DNA of 64,000 nucleotides from Octopus sinensis (lineage: Eukaryota): assembly GCF_006345805.1 (NCBI RefSeq), contig NC_043013.1, positions 4,712,001 through 4,776,000 of the forward strand, written 5' to 3'. Positions within the stretch are counted from its first letter, which is position 1. Each line of letters begins with the position of its first letter. A model generated the notes under the pieces. The model did no database searches and was not told where the DNA came from. It was given only the letters and a program-made list of their open reading frames with translations. Made by a program: the position numbers and the translations under genes. Below, piece by piece: positions 1 through 12,599 of the stretch.

Positions 1-2995
1 GTTTACGAACAAAATAGTGCCAAAAGTGGGGATGTATTCTACATGCGTATACCTACGTATACACATAGATATGAATGTGTAACATCTCTTCTTGAAAAGA
101 AATAAAGGGGTCTTTTGGCAGTGAAGACAAATATAAGTAGTCTCCCTTACTCTATGGATTGTCAGCCTGAGGTTGCAATCCTACAGCAGAAATCGTGAGA
201 TTATTCTGCCTCTGCTTTGTAATCTAGCAGAATTAGTTACTTATCTTTTCATTTTCTTTTTTTTTTTTCTTTAACGGTATCGAACCGGTGGCAGAATGTT
301 CGATCTCCATCTGGTGGATCTTGTGCTTCGCACTGGTGTCTGAGGTGTGTTGTTGGGCTGCTGATAGGTGGTTGGTGCCCGTCGGGGTGATGATTCTGTG
401 GGTGTTGTCACTGATGCAGCAGGTGTTGTACACGTTGTCCTCGACAGCTTTGGTGTTGGGCGGATGTTGGCCCTGTTGCGTCTCAGCTGCCCACCAGATT
501 CCGTTTCTATTATATATGATCTTGGAGTTTCAGCTCTACTGACAACCTATCCTGGGATCCATGTTTTAGTTATGGGATCTTGAGTATGCACATGTTGTCC
601 TCCAAGTATCTCAGGTAAATATTGTGCATGTTTGTTGTAATATTTCTGTGATTGTTCTTGAGTGGCTGCTAGCTTTGCCCTTGTCTCTTCCTGGTCAATA
701 GGAGGTTGGATCTTAGTTGGCAGGGTAGTTTTGTACTTCCTGCCATTCAGCAATTCTGCTGGGGATTTCATATCAGCTCTCAGTGGTGTCGCTCGTAGGG
801 ACAGAAGTGCCAGGTGTGGGTCTTCCTTAGTCTCTCGGCATTTGACTAGTGTTCTCTTCACTGTCTGCACCTGTCTTTCTATAAACCCATGACCTTTGGG
901 GTAGTGTGGAGATGAGGTTGTAATATTGAGCCCATACTCATCGGCTAGCTTTTTGAATTCTTGCGATGTGAACTGGGTTCCATTATCACATATGATCTGC
1001 TCTGGTATTCCTTGCTCTGCTAGAAGTCCTCGAGCCACTGTAGTGATTGTTTTGGCTCTCAGATCTTTCACTTTTCTCAAAAATGAAAATTTGGAGTAGT
1101 AGCAGGCCATTATCAAATACCATTCTTGGCTCTCTGTGAACAGATCTACTCCAATAGTTTGCCATGGCCTTCTTGGGATGTCACTAGATATCATTTCCTC
1201 CTTTTGTTGTGAGTTTCTGTACTTTTGACAGATGTGGCATGTAGAAACTGTCTTTTCTATGTCTTTGTACATGCCTACCCAATATACTGCTGACTTGGCT
1301 CGGAGCTTGCATTTCTCCATTCCTAGATGCCCATGGTGGATCTTGTCAAGAATCTCTTTTTGCATTGACTTGGGTATAATTATTCGGGATCCAGCCATCA
1401 GAATTCCATTCTCCACTGATATATCATCATGGATGGCCCAATATTCACGAATGAGGGGCTGCACCTGATGTCTCTTTTCTGGCCACCCCTGAATCACCAT
1501 CTGAGTAAGGAGCTGAAGTTCTTCATCTTTGCTGGTCTTCTCTTTGATTTCTGCTAGCTTTGTGGTTGTCACATTTATAATGTGGTGCACCTTTATGCTT
1601 AGTCCTTCCATCTCCTGTTTATCATGTGAGGATAGTCTGGAAAGAGCATCCGCCAATATCAGGTCTTTTCCTGGCTTGTACCTGATATCGTAGTCGTATG
1701 TTTGAAGCCTTAACAGTAATCTTTGCAGTATTCTGGCTGGTGCTTTTGTGAGATTTTTTCTATGTATTTGTTGTAGCGGGCGATGGTCTGTTTCAATATT
1801 GAAATGTCTGCCATACAAGTATGTATGGAACTTTTCACATCCATATACTACTGCCAGGAGTTCCCTTTCAATATTTGCGTGCCTTATCTCTGTGGGTGAG
1901 AGCGCTTTCGAGGCACATGTAATGGGTTTACCTTCCTGTATCAATGCTGCGCCAACTCCTCTCATAGAAGCATCAACTTGGAGTGTTACTGGTTTGCGTC
2001 TGTCATAGAACTGCAGGGTTGTCTCCTTACTGGTGAACTTTTTTATTGCTTTGAAATCCTGTGTGTGTGAAGCACACCAATCAAACTCTACGTCATCTTT
2101 GTTTAGTCCTCGGAGATTTGCAGTGTGATCGGCCAGCTTGGGTATGAAGGCTCACATGTAGTGGATGAGTCCCAGGAAACTCCTGAGTTCCTTCTTGTCT
2201 TTGGATTCTTTAATGTCTCTCATGGCTTCCACTTTAGCGGGGTCTGGTTTAACTCCTTCTGCAGAGTATATAATTCCAAAGAATTTGCACTCCTTTGCTT
2301 TTATCACACACTTGTCTGCATTGAGTTTGATGCCTGCTTGTCGGGTTTTCTCCATAGCTTCATGTAAATTGAAGACATATGTGGTCTCATCCTTGCCATG
2401 CACTTGGATGTCATCTGCTATCCCAATTGCTCCCTTGCAGCCTTAGTAGGTTTCATCTATTTGGCGCTGGAAAACATCTTGGCTCACCTTCAATCCAAAT
2501 GGGAGTCGGTTGAATCGATATCTGCCAAATGGTGTGTTGAAGGTAGTGAGCATGGATGACTCTTTGTCTATCTTTACATTCCAGTACCCATTACTGGCAT
2601 CCAGTTTGCTGAATAATTTGGATCCAGCCAATGATGGTGCGATTTCTTCAAGGGTTGGAATTGGATGGTACTCTCTTTTTAATGCCTTGTTCAGGTCCCT
2701 TGGGTCGAGGCATATCCGTAGGGTACCATTGGGTTTTTCCTTGATTACAATTGAATTCACCCAGTCTGTTGGTCGTGTCACTTTGGTGGTTATTTCTTTT
2801 TTTTTTTTCCATTTTGTTCAACTCTGTCTTCAGCTTCTCTTTTAGTTCTAGAGGGATGTGGCGAGGTGGGTGAACAATTGGTTTGATATTGGGGTCGACT
2901 GTTATATGGTATCGACATTTCACAAAGCACCCGACTGTATCGTCAAAGCATTCAGGGTACATGCTTATCAGTTCTTCTTTGTTTGTGATTGGTGG
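1..2995 (-). mobile_element. Ty3/Gypsy (Mag-like) LTR retrotransposon, pol region plus start of 3' LTR, frameshifted
   Basis: Minus-strand ORFs: RT (2152-2962; LRICLDPRDLNKAL, LPFGL, IADD), RNase H and integrase (547-1965; H..H..C..C zinc finger, IICDNGTQF, GFIER). The C-terminus continues as AETPRSYIIETESGGQLRRNR. A purine tract (minus AAGAAGAGA, 85-93) is followed by TGTTAC at 84, consistent with PPT plus LTR start. Confidence 0.93.
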
Positions 2996-2999
2996 TCGA

Positions 3000-3295
3000 A
3001 AGAAAATTAAGTTTTGATTTATTATTTTAATTTACAATAAAATGTACATTTTTCTGTTTTTGCAACATATTCTTATTCTAAATTTTTGGAATTTTGACAG
3101 GAGATATTTTTATGCAGAGCAAAATATTTTAAGTAATTTAAATTAAATTTAATTTATTTTTGGAATAAAATTATATACCATGTTTCAATACATGTTCATG
3201 TTCAAAAAGTTTTAGTCTGTTTATCCTGTTCGGACCGCGACCTGAAGTGTGCTTTGAGTTTTGGTTCCCTGTGCGACTGAGTTTGACACTCCCTG
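3000..3295. mobile_element. hAT-like DNA transposon terminal fragment
   Basis: Ends in GAGTTTGACACTCCCTG, resembling the reverse complement of the hAT/Charlie-type terminus CAGGGGTGTCAAAC; abuts the broken Gypsy pol. Confidence 0.5.
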
Positions 3296-3802
3296 ACCTA
3301 AAGCTATATAAGAAATACAGATTTTTTTCTGAAATCGTGCGATTTTTAATAAAAAGATATCTTACCAGCTTTGCTTCTAGAGACGACGCTTAAATTGTTT
3401 TTTGCTGCTGTTGTAACACTTTTCGATCTGGCTGTCGTTGAATTTACTAATATCTGCAGTTTTATCGCTTCTGTCTTCCTCTCTGTCGCTCCATCTGGAT
3501 ATTCAGTTTCTCTTCGAAAATTGGAAAGATTAAAACCTACAATATATAAGATGTATGCATTTAAAGATATCTGTTCAACTCACCGTGTTTATCAGAATAC
3601 TAAAGAGATACACTGTCTAGTTATCAGTAAATTTTGAAGAAATCCAAGCATTAACAATGTCTACTACACTTGTATTTAGAGTCAATAGTTAGATCTTAAG
3701 TTCAGCTGGAAGCTTTTGCATTTGATATGTGCTTCTTGCGGCACTGACGGCATCTTACGCTCATTGTCCTTAAGGGACAAATGCTTTGCGAGTGAATTTG
3801 AT

Positions 3803-3839
3803 GGCGCAGGCGTGGCTGTGTGGTAAGTAGCTTGCTAAC
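3803..3839 (+). mobile_element. SINE family 1 head (A-box part), separated from its body by an insertion
   Basis: GGCGCAGGCGTGGCTGTGTGGTAAGTAGCTTGCTAAC matches the 5' end of intact copies at 18089, 21406 and 51158. Confidence 0.9.
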
Positions 3840-6086
3840 AGGTTGCTTCTGCGCATGTGCGAGTCAGTGTTGTGTTTGGCACTGAAGCGGTGAAGACGTG
3901 CTTTTGAAGCCGTCTTGAATTGAAAATTTTTGAAGCCCCATTGTAAGGTAAGATTCTGTTTTCTGGGTCCAGTGGGAATTTTTGTTGAAAATTGTTTTTT
4001 ACAGGCAGGAAGTCCTACTGGATTCAGAATTCTGATTCTGCCGACATGGGGCAAATATATTTTTCTCGCTGAATTGTGAGAATTTTTGGGGGGCGTATTC
4101 GTCTTCGATAATTGAGTGAATATTTTTCTCACCTAATTATGAGAACTGTATTGTGCTGTGAAGAACTTTAAGAATTGTGAAAACTGTTATATAGGGGAGT
4201 GTTTTGCCTCCGAAGTTTGAACAATTTTTACCAATTTTACACCAATTTTTGCGGAAGTTGTGTTCCAGTTGCGGCGTTCCGGGTTCAATTTAGGCCGGGA
4301 GTACCGAATGGCCAGAAGGTTTTTGCTGTGTTATTGACTTTCTTTTTAACTTTATTTGACTTTCTCCTTTTTGTTCATTGTGACTTTCTTCTGATTTCTT
4401 TTTCTTCTCGCTTTTTAAGTTTTATTTTGAATATATTTAAAAAATAAAAAAAAAATAAAAAACATGGCAATGAAAAATAACAAAGTTTTGAAATGGGAGA
4501 TCATACCACCTAAAAAGTGGTTAAAAGACCGTGAAGACAGGACGGTGGTGTTGAGAACCTACTCCAAGGCACTCGACACCATCGCCCTGTTCGAAAAGAC
4601 GGCAATTGAAAAGGAGTTGGCAGAGTATTTGCCAACAATTAAATTCATTTCCAGGAGTGTCAAATATGCAACGGTGTGGTTGCTATTTGACACCCCTGAA
4701 GAGGCTTGCAAATTTGCTAGTAAACCTCTGGAGGGTAAGGAAATTTTATTCCTGCCCACGTACCAAAAAAAGAGACTGACGAAAGCTTGGATTTGCGGGC
4801 TGCCACCCGGGATAGAGCCCGAGTGGATAGAGGAGACTATCCGCCGGGGTCTGGGTAGCAGCGAAACTAAACTCCTTAATGTAAAAGTTCTTCCTGCGGC
4901 TGCTTGGGTTGGGTCAAAAGCAATTTTGACCCTTTGGACCCAATCAGCCAATCTGGTTCTTCCAGATTTTTTGAAAATGGCCGGGTGCATGTACCCGGTG
5001 ATGCTTGAGGGTCGCCCCCCTAAGTGTCATCGGTGCTTGGAGTCCGGCCATATAAAGAAGAACTGTCCCCGGGAACAAAATAGGATCCCGGAACAGTTAA
5101 GTGAAACCCCTGTAGAAGAGGGAATGATAACGGCCGAGGAAGCAGAGAACTCCTCAAACAGAGGCCGAAAGAGGAAGGTGAGCAACAATGGGTGCTCACC
5201 AAAGGATACTAGGGATGAGGAGGGAAAGGCGAATCTTCCGGCCACGGAGGAGACGCACCCTCCCTCAGTTGAAAAGAAAAAAAAGAAAAAGAGGAAGAGA
5301 AACGGGACATTACCGGCTGTCGGTGACATAGCACCGGAATGTCCCGGAACTACGTCGGTTGGGGTTGTGCCACCGACAGGAGAAGAAATACCGTTGGCGG
5401 GAACTGTGCCGCCAACGAAAGAATTGAATATTCCGCACCCGAGCAAAAACGAGGTATTGATCCTCTTCTATAGAGGCGGAGAGATTGAAAAGGTGATGGA
5501 AAAGCACCACAACGGAGCACCTTTAGCCTTCACACAGGACCCCGAATGGCCTCCGCAGGTAGCTGTGGAGGCCGTGGAGTTCGACGTGACGCTTGGGCTG
5601 AAGGAGCTCAATGAGGATTATAGCTTGGTCCCGGGCGACGCTAACTCGGAACTCGATTACGTTCTGAGGGAGGCGTGGTGGATGGTGGAGGGCGCGGACA
5701 CAAGTTATTTCGAGGACGAGTCAAATTGTGATACGACTTGAGGGGCCCCGACCTAGAGCTGGCGCATTCCTAAGGGAAGTGTAAGCCAGGTCTGGGAGGA
5801 GGGGCTTTGTGTATTGTATTTATATATGTAATTATTGAACTATGTTGTTATTAGTAATGGACTGCTAAGTCCAAAAATTGAAAAAATTGTAAGAGGTTTA
5901 ATACCTCGTTTTGTGTTTGTTTTTAAAAGAACAATGTTTTAGAGAAGCAGAAGTCGGCGGGCGCTTTTTGTCTTCTCCCATCCCCATCATCTTTCTTTCA
6001 TTATCATTCACTTCATTAATGTCCTCGTCCAGCCCGCAAAGCTAACTTACTCTATGTACTGCCTTTATGGCAAATGTTATGAAATA
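3840..6086 (+). mobile_element. ORF1-only Tx1/L1-like non-autonomous retroelement
   Basis: About 620-bp 5' UTR, a single ORF, about 345-bp 3' UTR ending ...TTATGAAATA; no ORF2; flanked by near-identical 15-mers at 3825-3839 and 6087-6101. Confidence 0.8.
4464..5741 (+). CDS. LINE ORF1p-like protein (RRM-like region, CCHC zinc knuckle, basic low-complexity tail), 425 aa, uninterrupted
   Basis: Open ATG-to-TGA frame; CHRCLESGHIKKNC knuckle preceded by VMLEGRPP; homologous segments at 34.6, 45.3 and 60.4 kb. Confidence 0.85.
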   Translation: MAMKNNKVLKWEIIPPKKWLKDREDRTVVLRTYSKALDTIALFEKTAIEKELAEYLPTIKFISRSVKYATVWLLFDTPEEACKFASKPLEGKEILFLPTYQKKRLTKAWICGLPPGIEPEWIEETIRRGLGSSETKLLNVKVLPAAAWVGSKAILTLWTQSANLVLPDFLKMAGCMYPVMLEGRPPKCHRCLESGHIKKNCPREQNRIPEQLSETPVEEGMITAEEAENSSNRGRKRKVSNNGCSPKDTRDEEGKANLPATEETHPPSVEKKKKKKRKRNGTLPAVGDIAPECPGTTSVGVVPPTGEEIPLAGTVPPTKELNIPHPSKNEVLILFYRGGEIEKVMEKHHNGAPLAFTQDPEWPPQVAVEAVEFDVTLGLKELNEDYSLVPGDANSELDYVLREAWWMVEGADTSYFEDESNCDTT

Positions 6087-6480
6087 AAGTAGCGTGCTTA
6101 CCAACCACATGGTTCTGGGTTCAGTCCCACTGCGTGGCACATTGGGCAAGTGCCTTCTACTATAGCCTCGGGCTGACCAAAGCCTTGTGAGTGGATTTTG
6201 TAGACGGAAACTGAAAGAAGCCTGTCGTATATATGTATATATATATATGTATGTGTGTGTATATGTTTGTGAGTCTGTGTTTGTCCCTCTAGCATTGCTT
6301 GACAACTGATGCTAGTGTGTTTACGTCCCCGTAACTTAGCGGTTCGGCAAAAGGGACCGATAGAATAAGTACTGGGCTTACAAAGAATAAGTCCCGGGGT
6401 CGATTTGCTCGACTAAAGGCGGTGCTCCAGCATGGCCGCAGTCAAATGACTGGAACAAGTAAAAGAGAGTAAAAGAGAGT
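6087..6480 (+). mobile_element. SINE family 1 body (B-box to 3' tail)
   Basis: GGTTCAGTCC B-box, CATTGGGCAAGTG core-like segment, internal (TA)/(TG) tract, tail of GTAAAAGAGA repeats. Confidence 0.92.
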
Positions 6481-6784
6481 GATGGACACAAAATGTGTAG
6501 AAGTCTTTCGTATGTGTGTGTGTGTGTGTGTGTGTGTGTCTGTGTGTGTGTGCGTGCGTGTGTGTGTGTGAGTATGGTTGTATGTTGGTGTGTTGACGTC
6601 TTTGTTTATCTCTTACCACTGCTTGTATTGTTTATGTATCTGTAACCTAGCAGTTCAGCAAACAAGAGGCCTACGGAATAAATACCGACTTAAAACAAGT
6701 ACTGTGCTTGATTTGTTCGACTAAAGCCAGCAAAAAAAAAATGCCCCAGCAAAGTAAAGGAATATGTGTGCGCGTGTGCACATA

Positions 6785-6971
6785 CGTACATACATACATA
6801 CATACACACATACATACATACATACATACATACACACATACATACATACATACATACATACATTCATACATGCATACATACATACACACATACATACATA
6901 CATACATACATACATACATAATACATACATACATACATTCATACATACACACACATGCATACATACATACA

Positions 6972-7007
<36 letters not shown>

Positions 7008-7030
7008 TATATAATATATATATATATATA
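6785..7030. repeat. (TACA)n/(TA)n microsatellite
   Basis: Direct inspection. Confidence 0.95.
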
Positions 7031-7281
7031 TTGTATTTCGGGACGATCATTTTTTTTTTTTTGCCATATAAACACACGCACCATCAATTTGTTCTTCACT
7101 CGTTTATTACTGTTCTTTTTTTTATTTTTTTTTATTTTAACTCATGTCCATTGCCCAGAATCTTTCGTCACACCTCTGTGACCTCTTCAGCGACATTTTT
7201 CATTTTCGTGTGTGCTCTTGCTCTGCTTACTCCATTCTGCGCTTCTAAGCTGCGTATCCTTATGTGCGCATGCGTTTTCGC

Positions 7282-7332
<51 letters not shown>

Positions 7333-7699
7333 TGTGTGTGCTTGTGTGTGTGTTTGTGTGTATATGGGTTCGCTTCGTATGTTGTTTGTATCCTTGCCCT
7401 TTATATAGATTTATTTATTTATTTATATATTTCCTCTATCTCTTTTTCTTATATTTATCACATGTATATGACAAATATATTTATTTATTTATCAATTTAT
7501 ATATTTATTTATTATTTTTATTTATCTATCACTATTTCGTATCTGTATCACAGGTAAGTGCATGTATGTCTATTATGTGTGTATGTATCTGTGTATTATT
7601 TACGTTTTTTCTCTCCTCTTCCCACCTGTCTTTAGTTATGTAGTGGTGGGTATTACTCTTCCATTCGTGTTTTCTATTGAGGCTAGGTTTGTCTACTGT

Positions 7700-8200
7700 T
7701 ATGTGTAGCCTCTGTGATCTGTCTAAGTATCGTGCCAGTTCTATGGGTTAATAATACTTTAACCTCCATGCTATTAATCGAACCTCCATGTTCTGCCTAA
7801 ACATGTTGGTAGAGCACTAACGAGATTTTCTCTTCTTTGAGCTCTCGCCAATGCTCACCTATACGCTCTCCTAAGCTGTGTGCAGTCTCTCCAATGTAAG
7901 TAGTTGGCATGTTTCTGCACCGTCCTTCAGTACAACGTAAGCTATACACTACATTCCTAAACTTACAGCTAACCCGTGGGTTCATCTTACATACAACACA
8001 GTTGTACTCCGTACAAGGAGACTTATCATAGGGATAGGTACTACAGATCAGGGATTTTATACGGGCGCCAGGCCTCTCTACTACTTTAATCCGTAGATTA
8101 GCCTTACTTAATGTTTTTCTAAAGTAGCATACCTTTTTATGATGTGCAAATGTTCCGAGGTGTGACTGAATGTAATTCAACTGTAGGCAAGAAACTGTGT
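7700..8200 (-). mobile_element. Penelope-like element, GIY-YIG endonuclease fragment
   Basis: ORF 7797-8180 contains NVVYSLRC...YIGETAHSLGERIGEH. Confidence 0.85.
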
Positions 8201-8382
8201 TCCTCGCATGCCCAGGTGGCTTTTGCTTTTAATTACTTTTGTTTTATTGCCTGAGTGATCTATCTGTGCATACAGCATTGATGCGACATGCACAATTTTG
8301 TGTGCATTTTATTTTGTTTGATGAAAAGAGAAGATAAAGTGATAGAGATAAGAGAAGTACAAAAGGAGACAAAGAAAAATTA

Positions 8383-9128
8383 GGATCTTTACCTTTAGCG
8401 TTTTTGAGAAAAGTTTTTATTTACGAAGTTATTTCGTTTTAAAGTTGTCGTATTTCGGTAATTTCAACCAATCAATGACGTGTATTCAGCTGAATAGAAT
8501 TACTGCTGTTGTTTGTCAACAACTTCCGACGGTGTATATTTCGTTTGTCACTGTTTTTTATGACATATTTCATCTCAGTTACGTTTGTATGAATAAACGA
8601 GTGTATCTCAAACATGTTTACTTCATGGCACCACCATAATCGTTTGTGCTTCATTTTTCATTTTTTCCGTAACTCTAACCCTAAAACCTCAGTCCTAACC
8701 CTAACCCTAAAACCTTAACTCTAAACCTAACCCTATAACCCTAGCCCTAAAACCCTAACCCTAAAACCCTAACCCGAAAACCCTAACCCTAACCCTAAAA
8801 CCCTAACCCTAAAACCTTAAAGCTAAAGCCAGTACAAACGCACGAACGATGTCATAAATAACAGTGACAAACTAAATATACACCGCCGATAGTTGTTGTA
8901 GACAAACAACGGCAGTAATTTTATTCAGCTGAATACACATCATTGATTGGTTGAAATTACCGAAATACGACAACTTTAAAACGAAATAACTTGGTAAATA
9001 TAAACTTTTCTCAAAAACGCTAAGAGTAAAAGATATTTTATATGACACATTCTACCAGTATACGAAGTTTGAAAGTGTTTAGTTACAAAAAATATTTTCT
9101 AAATCTGCCGGTCAAAAGGTAAAGATCC
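8383..9128. mobile_element. Foldback MITE (Merlin-like) with a telomere-like (TAACCC)n core
   Basis: Termini GGATCTTTACC / GGTAAAGATCC; 8-bp TSD AAAAATTA at 8375-8382 and 9129-9136; about 200-bp inverted arms; degenerate TAACCC/TAAAACCC array at about 8670-8820. Confidence 0.85.
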
Positions 9129-9789
9129 AAAAATTAAGAGCGAACAGAAATGATGTGGATTACAAATAAAATAGCTTACTTTTTTTTCTTAGATATAGCA
9201 ACATGAATAGCAAACTAGCGGCAATCAAAACAACTTTGAAAATCTTTTTCAGGATACCCAGCATTTCACCTAGAATATAGCAAATCATCAAAACAACATT
9301 TAAATTGGTTTCTTTATAATTAAAAAATTATTGGGAAATAAAGAATTAGATAATCAAGCATGAAACTTTAATTTTGACTGTAAAGACAAAGTAAAATGGC
9401 GAGTAGATTTTAATCAAAATCTAAAAATAAATTTATTCAAATGGTATTGATAAAATATATGTGCAGAATTCTCGTGTTCTCTATGTGGTAATATCAACAT
9501 GTGTGTTGGTGTGAAACGGGCAGATGAGAAATAATACCAGCATTCAAGTATTATATCTTTAGAGCTATTGAAACGTTTTCTTTTTCGTTGCTTCATGAGT
9601 AACTTGGATTAACATTGATGGAGACTATCGTCAATTTGTTGAACTCAGTATATAACTAAGGTGGCATAATCTAACGAGCATTGGACAAAAAGCATTGCAG
9701 TAATTATTCTGATTGTTTTGTGCTCTAATTGTCTGTACCATAATTTATATAGTATGTACTGGAGGGTGACTAGTCAGCAACAATGGTGT

Positions 9790-10900
9790 GATCTAGCAGT
9801 TAGCTTCCTACTCAAAAAGATGAAAGACAGGTGGAAACCAGAAGTGTGAATTTAGTTGGTGATATTCTAGTACCTGACACGGTCAAATATGTTGTTGAAG
9901 AAGAGGATTGCTAATATCACCTTTGAGGTGTTGGAAATGACAGTTGTCAGGATCAGAGATGTTGCTCTTCCTAAGAATGTAGCATGTTTCCAATGACTGG
10001 AATAGATTGAAGAGTTTGGTGAAGGTAGAGCTAGCGCTGAAGTACGTTTGGTGAGTAACGGACGGAGTATTTTCATGGCTGCTGGGGTTATTGGTCTGAT
10101 GTTATCAAAGATGTTTCCGCAGTTGTTATTTAGCCCCACGTTATATCTGATAAAATATATCCACGATTATATAAAACTATGATAAAAAGCATTACAGCTG
10201 TGGACGAGTTCTTTTTCCAGCCCAGTGTTTCGAGAACCACATTATTGAATGTATTGTTCCCTCGTTTTACAGACGGTAGGATGTGATTTGAAGGATGTTT
10301 AGTTGCTATTTCTAACAGATTAAAAAAAAAGCAAGTAAAGGCTTCCCACGGGAATATGTTTGAGAGAATGTGAGTTATGGGATAAGGAATAAAAATCTTG
10401 AAGAGTCTTCTTAACTGAGTATATAGTGACTTTGTATATAATTCGAGATGCAAGTATGGAAGATTTCTCCACAACAGTGCTACTTACGGTGCCATCTAGG
10501 CTGAGGTGTGGTGAATAGAAGGATTAAGCAAAGTTGGTACACTAAAGTATCTTTTGAAACAGTAACGAGTTGTGACAGGGAATAAAAATCGTTCAGCTGG
10601 CACAGAAGTTTCGCCATGTGTTAAAAGCATTTTTTTTTTGTCAGCACTGATGTAGCCCACTGTTATGGGAAGCACTTGAATAATATGAGGTTATGAGCTT
10701 TGGTGGCTCAGATGAGCCAGGAAAGAATCGCAATTGCATTGGTAATGTTAAATAGTGGAACTAAATAGCTAACATGATATGCTATAGAAGGTTTCGAATG
10801 CAATACTAGAAGTATGTGAATGCATGGTAAGTAACTTTAAGTAGTGGATGGGCCAGCCAATAGATACAGAGACGATGGTAGTTTGATAAATGTTGAGTTT
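9790..10900 (-). mobile_element. Highly degraded LINE reverse transcriptase fragment
   Basis: Minus-strand pieces TKLFNL, SHWKHAT, SDPDN and LEYHQLNSHFWF across frameshifts. Confidence 0.45.
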
Positions 10901-12269
10901 AGGTGTTTAGCATGCCTGTGTATCAATCCGTAGTACTAGAAATTAATTAAGATATCCAGTTTGGCAAATTTAAATATGCAGCACGGATTTTTGTCAGTGA
11001 ACAGGTCGCGGTCTTAAAGCGACGAAAATATTTTGACAAATTAAACTTAAATGTTGAAGTGAATCGAACGGCTTTTGTGTGTTTCTTAAATGGCTTGCAA
11101 ACACCTTCCACAAATTTAAATAGCTGCAGCAAATAGTCATAAAAACTCAAGATATAATTAATGTTTCGCAAGAGTACTAGAAAATATATCAAATAACCAG
11201 AGGATTTTTCTTTTTCAATCACTGACATTAAGGAGATGGAAATTAATTCATAATTTGATTCCAAACTTCATCAGCTGATGAAAATTGATAGGGAAGGCAT
11301 TGTGGTCGTTTGTATAATCGAAAGTTAAAATCTAAGCTTCAAGCAAAAACTATACAGTAAACGATAACAAACAATAACACAGCATGCAAAGGTGAAACCC
11401 GAAGAAAGAGGGAAAGCTTTTTCATATGACAGCTGGTTGCGATCTTCCTACATAAAAAGAAATTATTAGGTAAATTCCATATATTAATAAAGGGAATGTA
11501 AGTTGATCGATGGTTATTTTATCGACAGGGTAACAAATACGAGATCAATTGTCTAGATCAAAGGATTTTGACCGGCCAGTGAGAACTGATGCCCAATGAG
11601 TTTTTTTGATTGATTCTAGTTTCAGCTCACGAACTCTGGCCATGCTGGTTGTTTATTTAAGATTTAAATTTATTGTAATACGAGACTGTTGAATACAATA
11701 AAAGGCCTGCTGTCACATTCTTCCACAAATCTTCTGATTCACTTTACCTAATGTCCACCACCAACCGGATGTGAATGCCTTGACAGCAAAAACACAATTA
11801 AAAATTCCTTGCAAAAGTAGGGCTCCGCACATCATTTTCGCTCACACAGCACAAAAATAATAACAATAATAATATAATCTGAAACATTTCTACCCAATTC
11901 TCGCGTAAAAAATAAAGCAAAAAAAACTGAGAGCCGACTTGAGCCTACCGACGGACATAAAAAGTCTTCTCCAACTTTTAATGGTTTATTTCATTATTGT
12001 ATTTTTTTCAAATAATTCATTTATTGTCATCGTTTAAAATCTCATTTGTTTCTTCTTATTCCCCTTACCACTATGCGATTACCTATTTCCGCCTTTATTA
12101 TCATCATCATCATTATCATTATCGTCCACATTATACAAGTTATTCGCCATGACCAAACGAGGCTTTCGAATACGATAAAAGGTCTGCCATTAAAATAAGT
12201 AGAATTATTCGGATGCAAAATTTTAAATTTTAATTTTAATTTTATTCGTAAGAAAAAATTTCGATAACC

Positions 12270-12575
12270 ATGAATGCAAAACGAAGAAAGGTAGATGCTG
12301 AATGCCGAATTTTCCAAGAAACTTGGACGTTAGATTCGTTCTTCATTGAGCATAGTGGGAACCCGACTTGTCTCATATTTCTAGAAAGCATTGCTGTGAA
12401 TAAGGTAACAAATATTAGGCGACATTACGAGATGCACCATTGTGAAAATTTTAGGACATTTACTGGACAAGCAAGGAAAGATGAAGTTGAGTGGTTGAAG
12501 TCTAGTTTTGGAAAACAAACGTCATTTTTTAAAAACAGAAAAGGCGAAAATGTGGCAAATACAATAGCAGGCATG
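12270..12575 (+). mobile_element. hAT (SPIN/GTF2IRD2-like) transposase N-terminal fragment
   Basis: KRRKVDAECRIF...PTCLIF...NIRRHYEMHH, a BED-like N-terminus. Confidence 0.8.
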
Positions 12576-12599
12576 AGAGTTGAGCCCATGCGGCGCAAA

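Noticed and set aside
6708-7643. Many long ORFs rich in Y/I/H/T/V/C/M (also at 15.1-16.9, 20.7, 29.5-30.8, 37.9 and 44.3-44.7 kb)
   Set aside because: They are translations of (TACA)n, (TG)n and (TA)n microsatellites, not genes.
8670-8820. True telomere or chromosome-fusion scar
   Set aside because: The repeats are degenerate and enclosed by TIRs with an 8-bp TSD.
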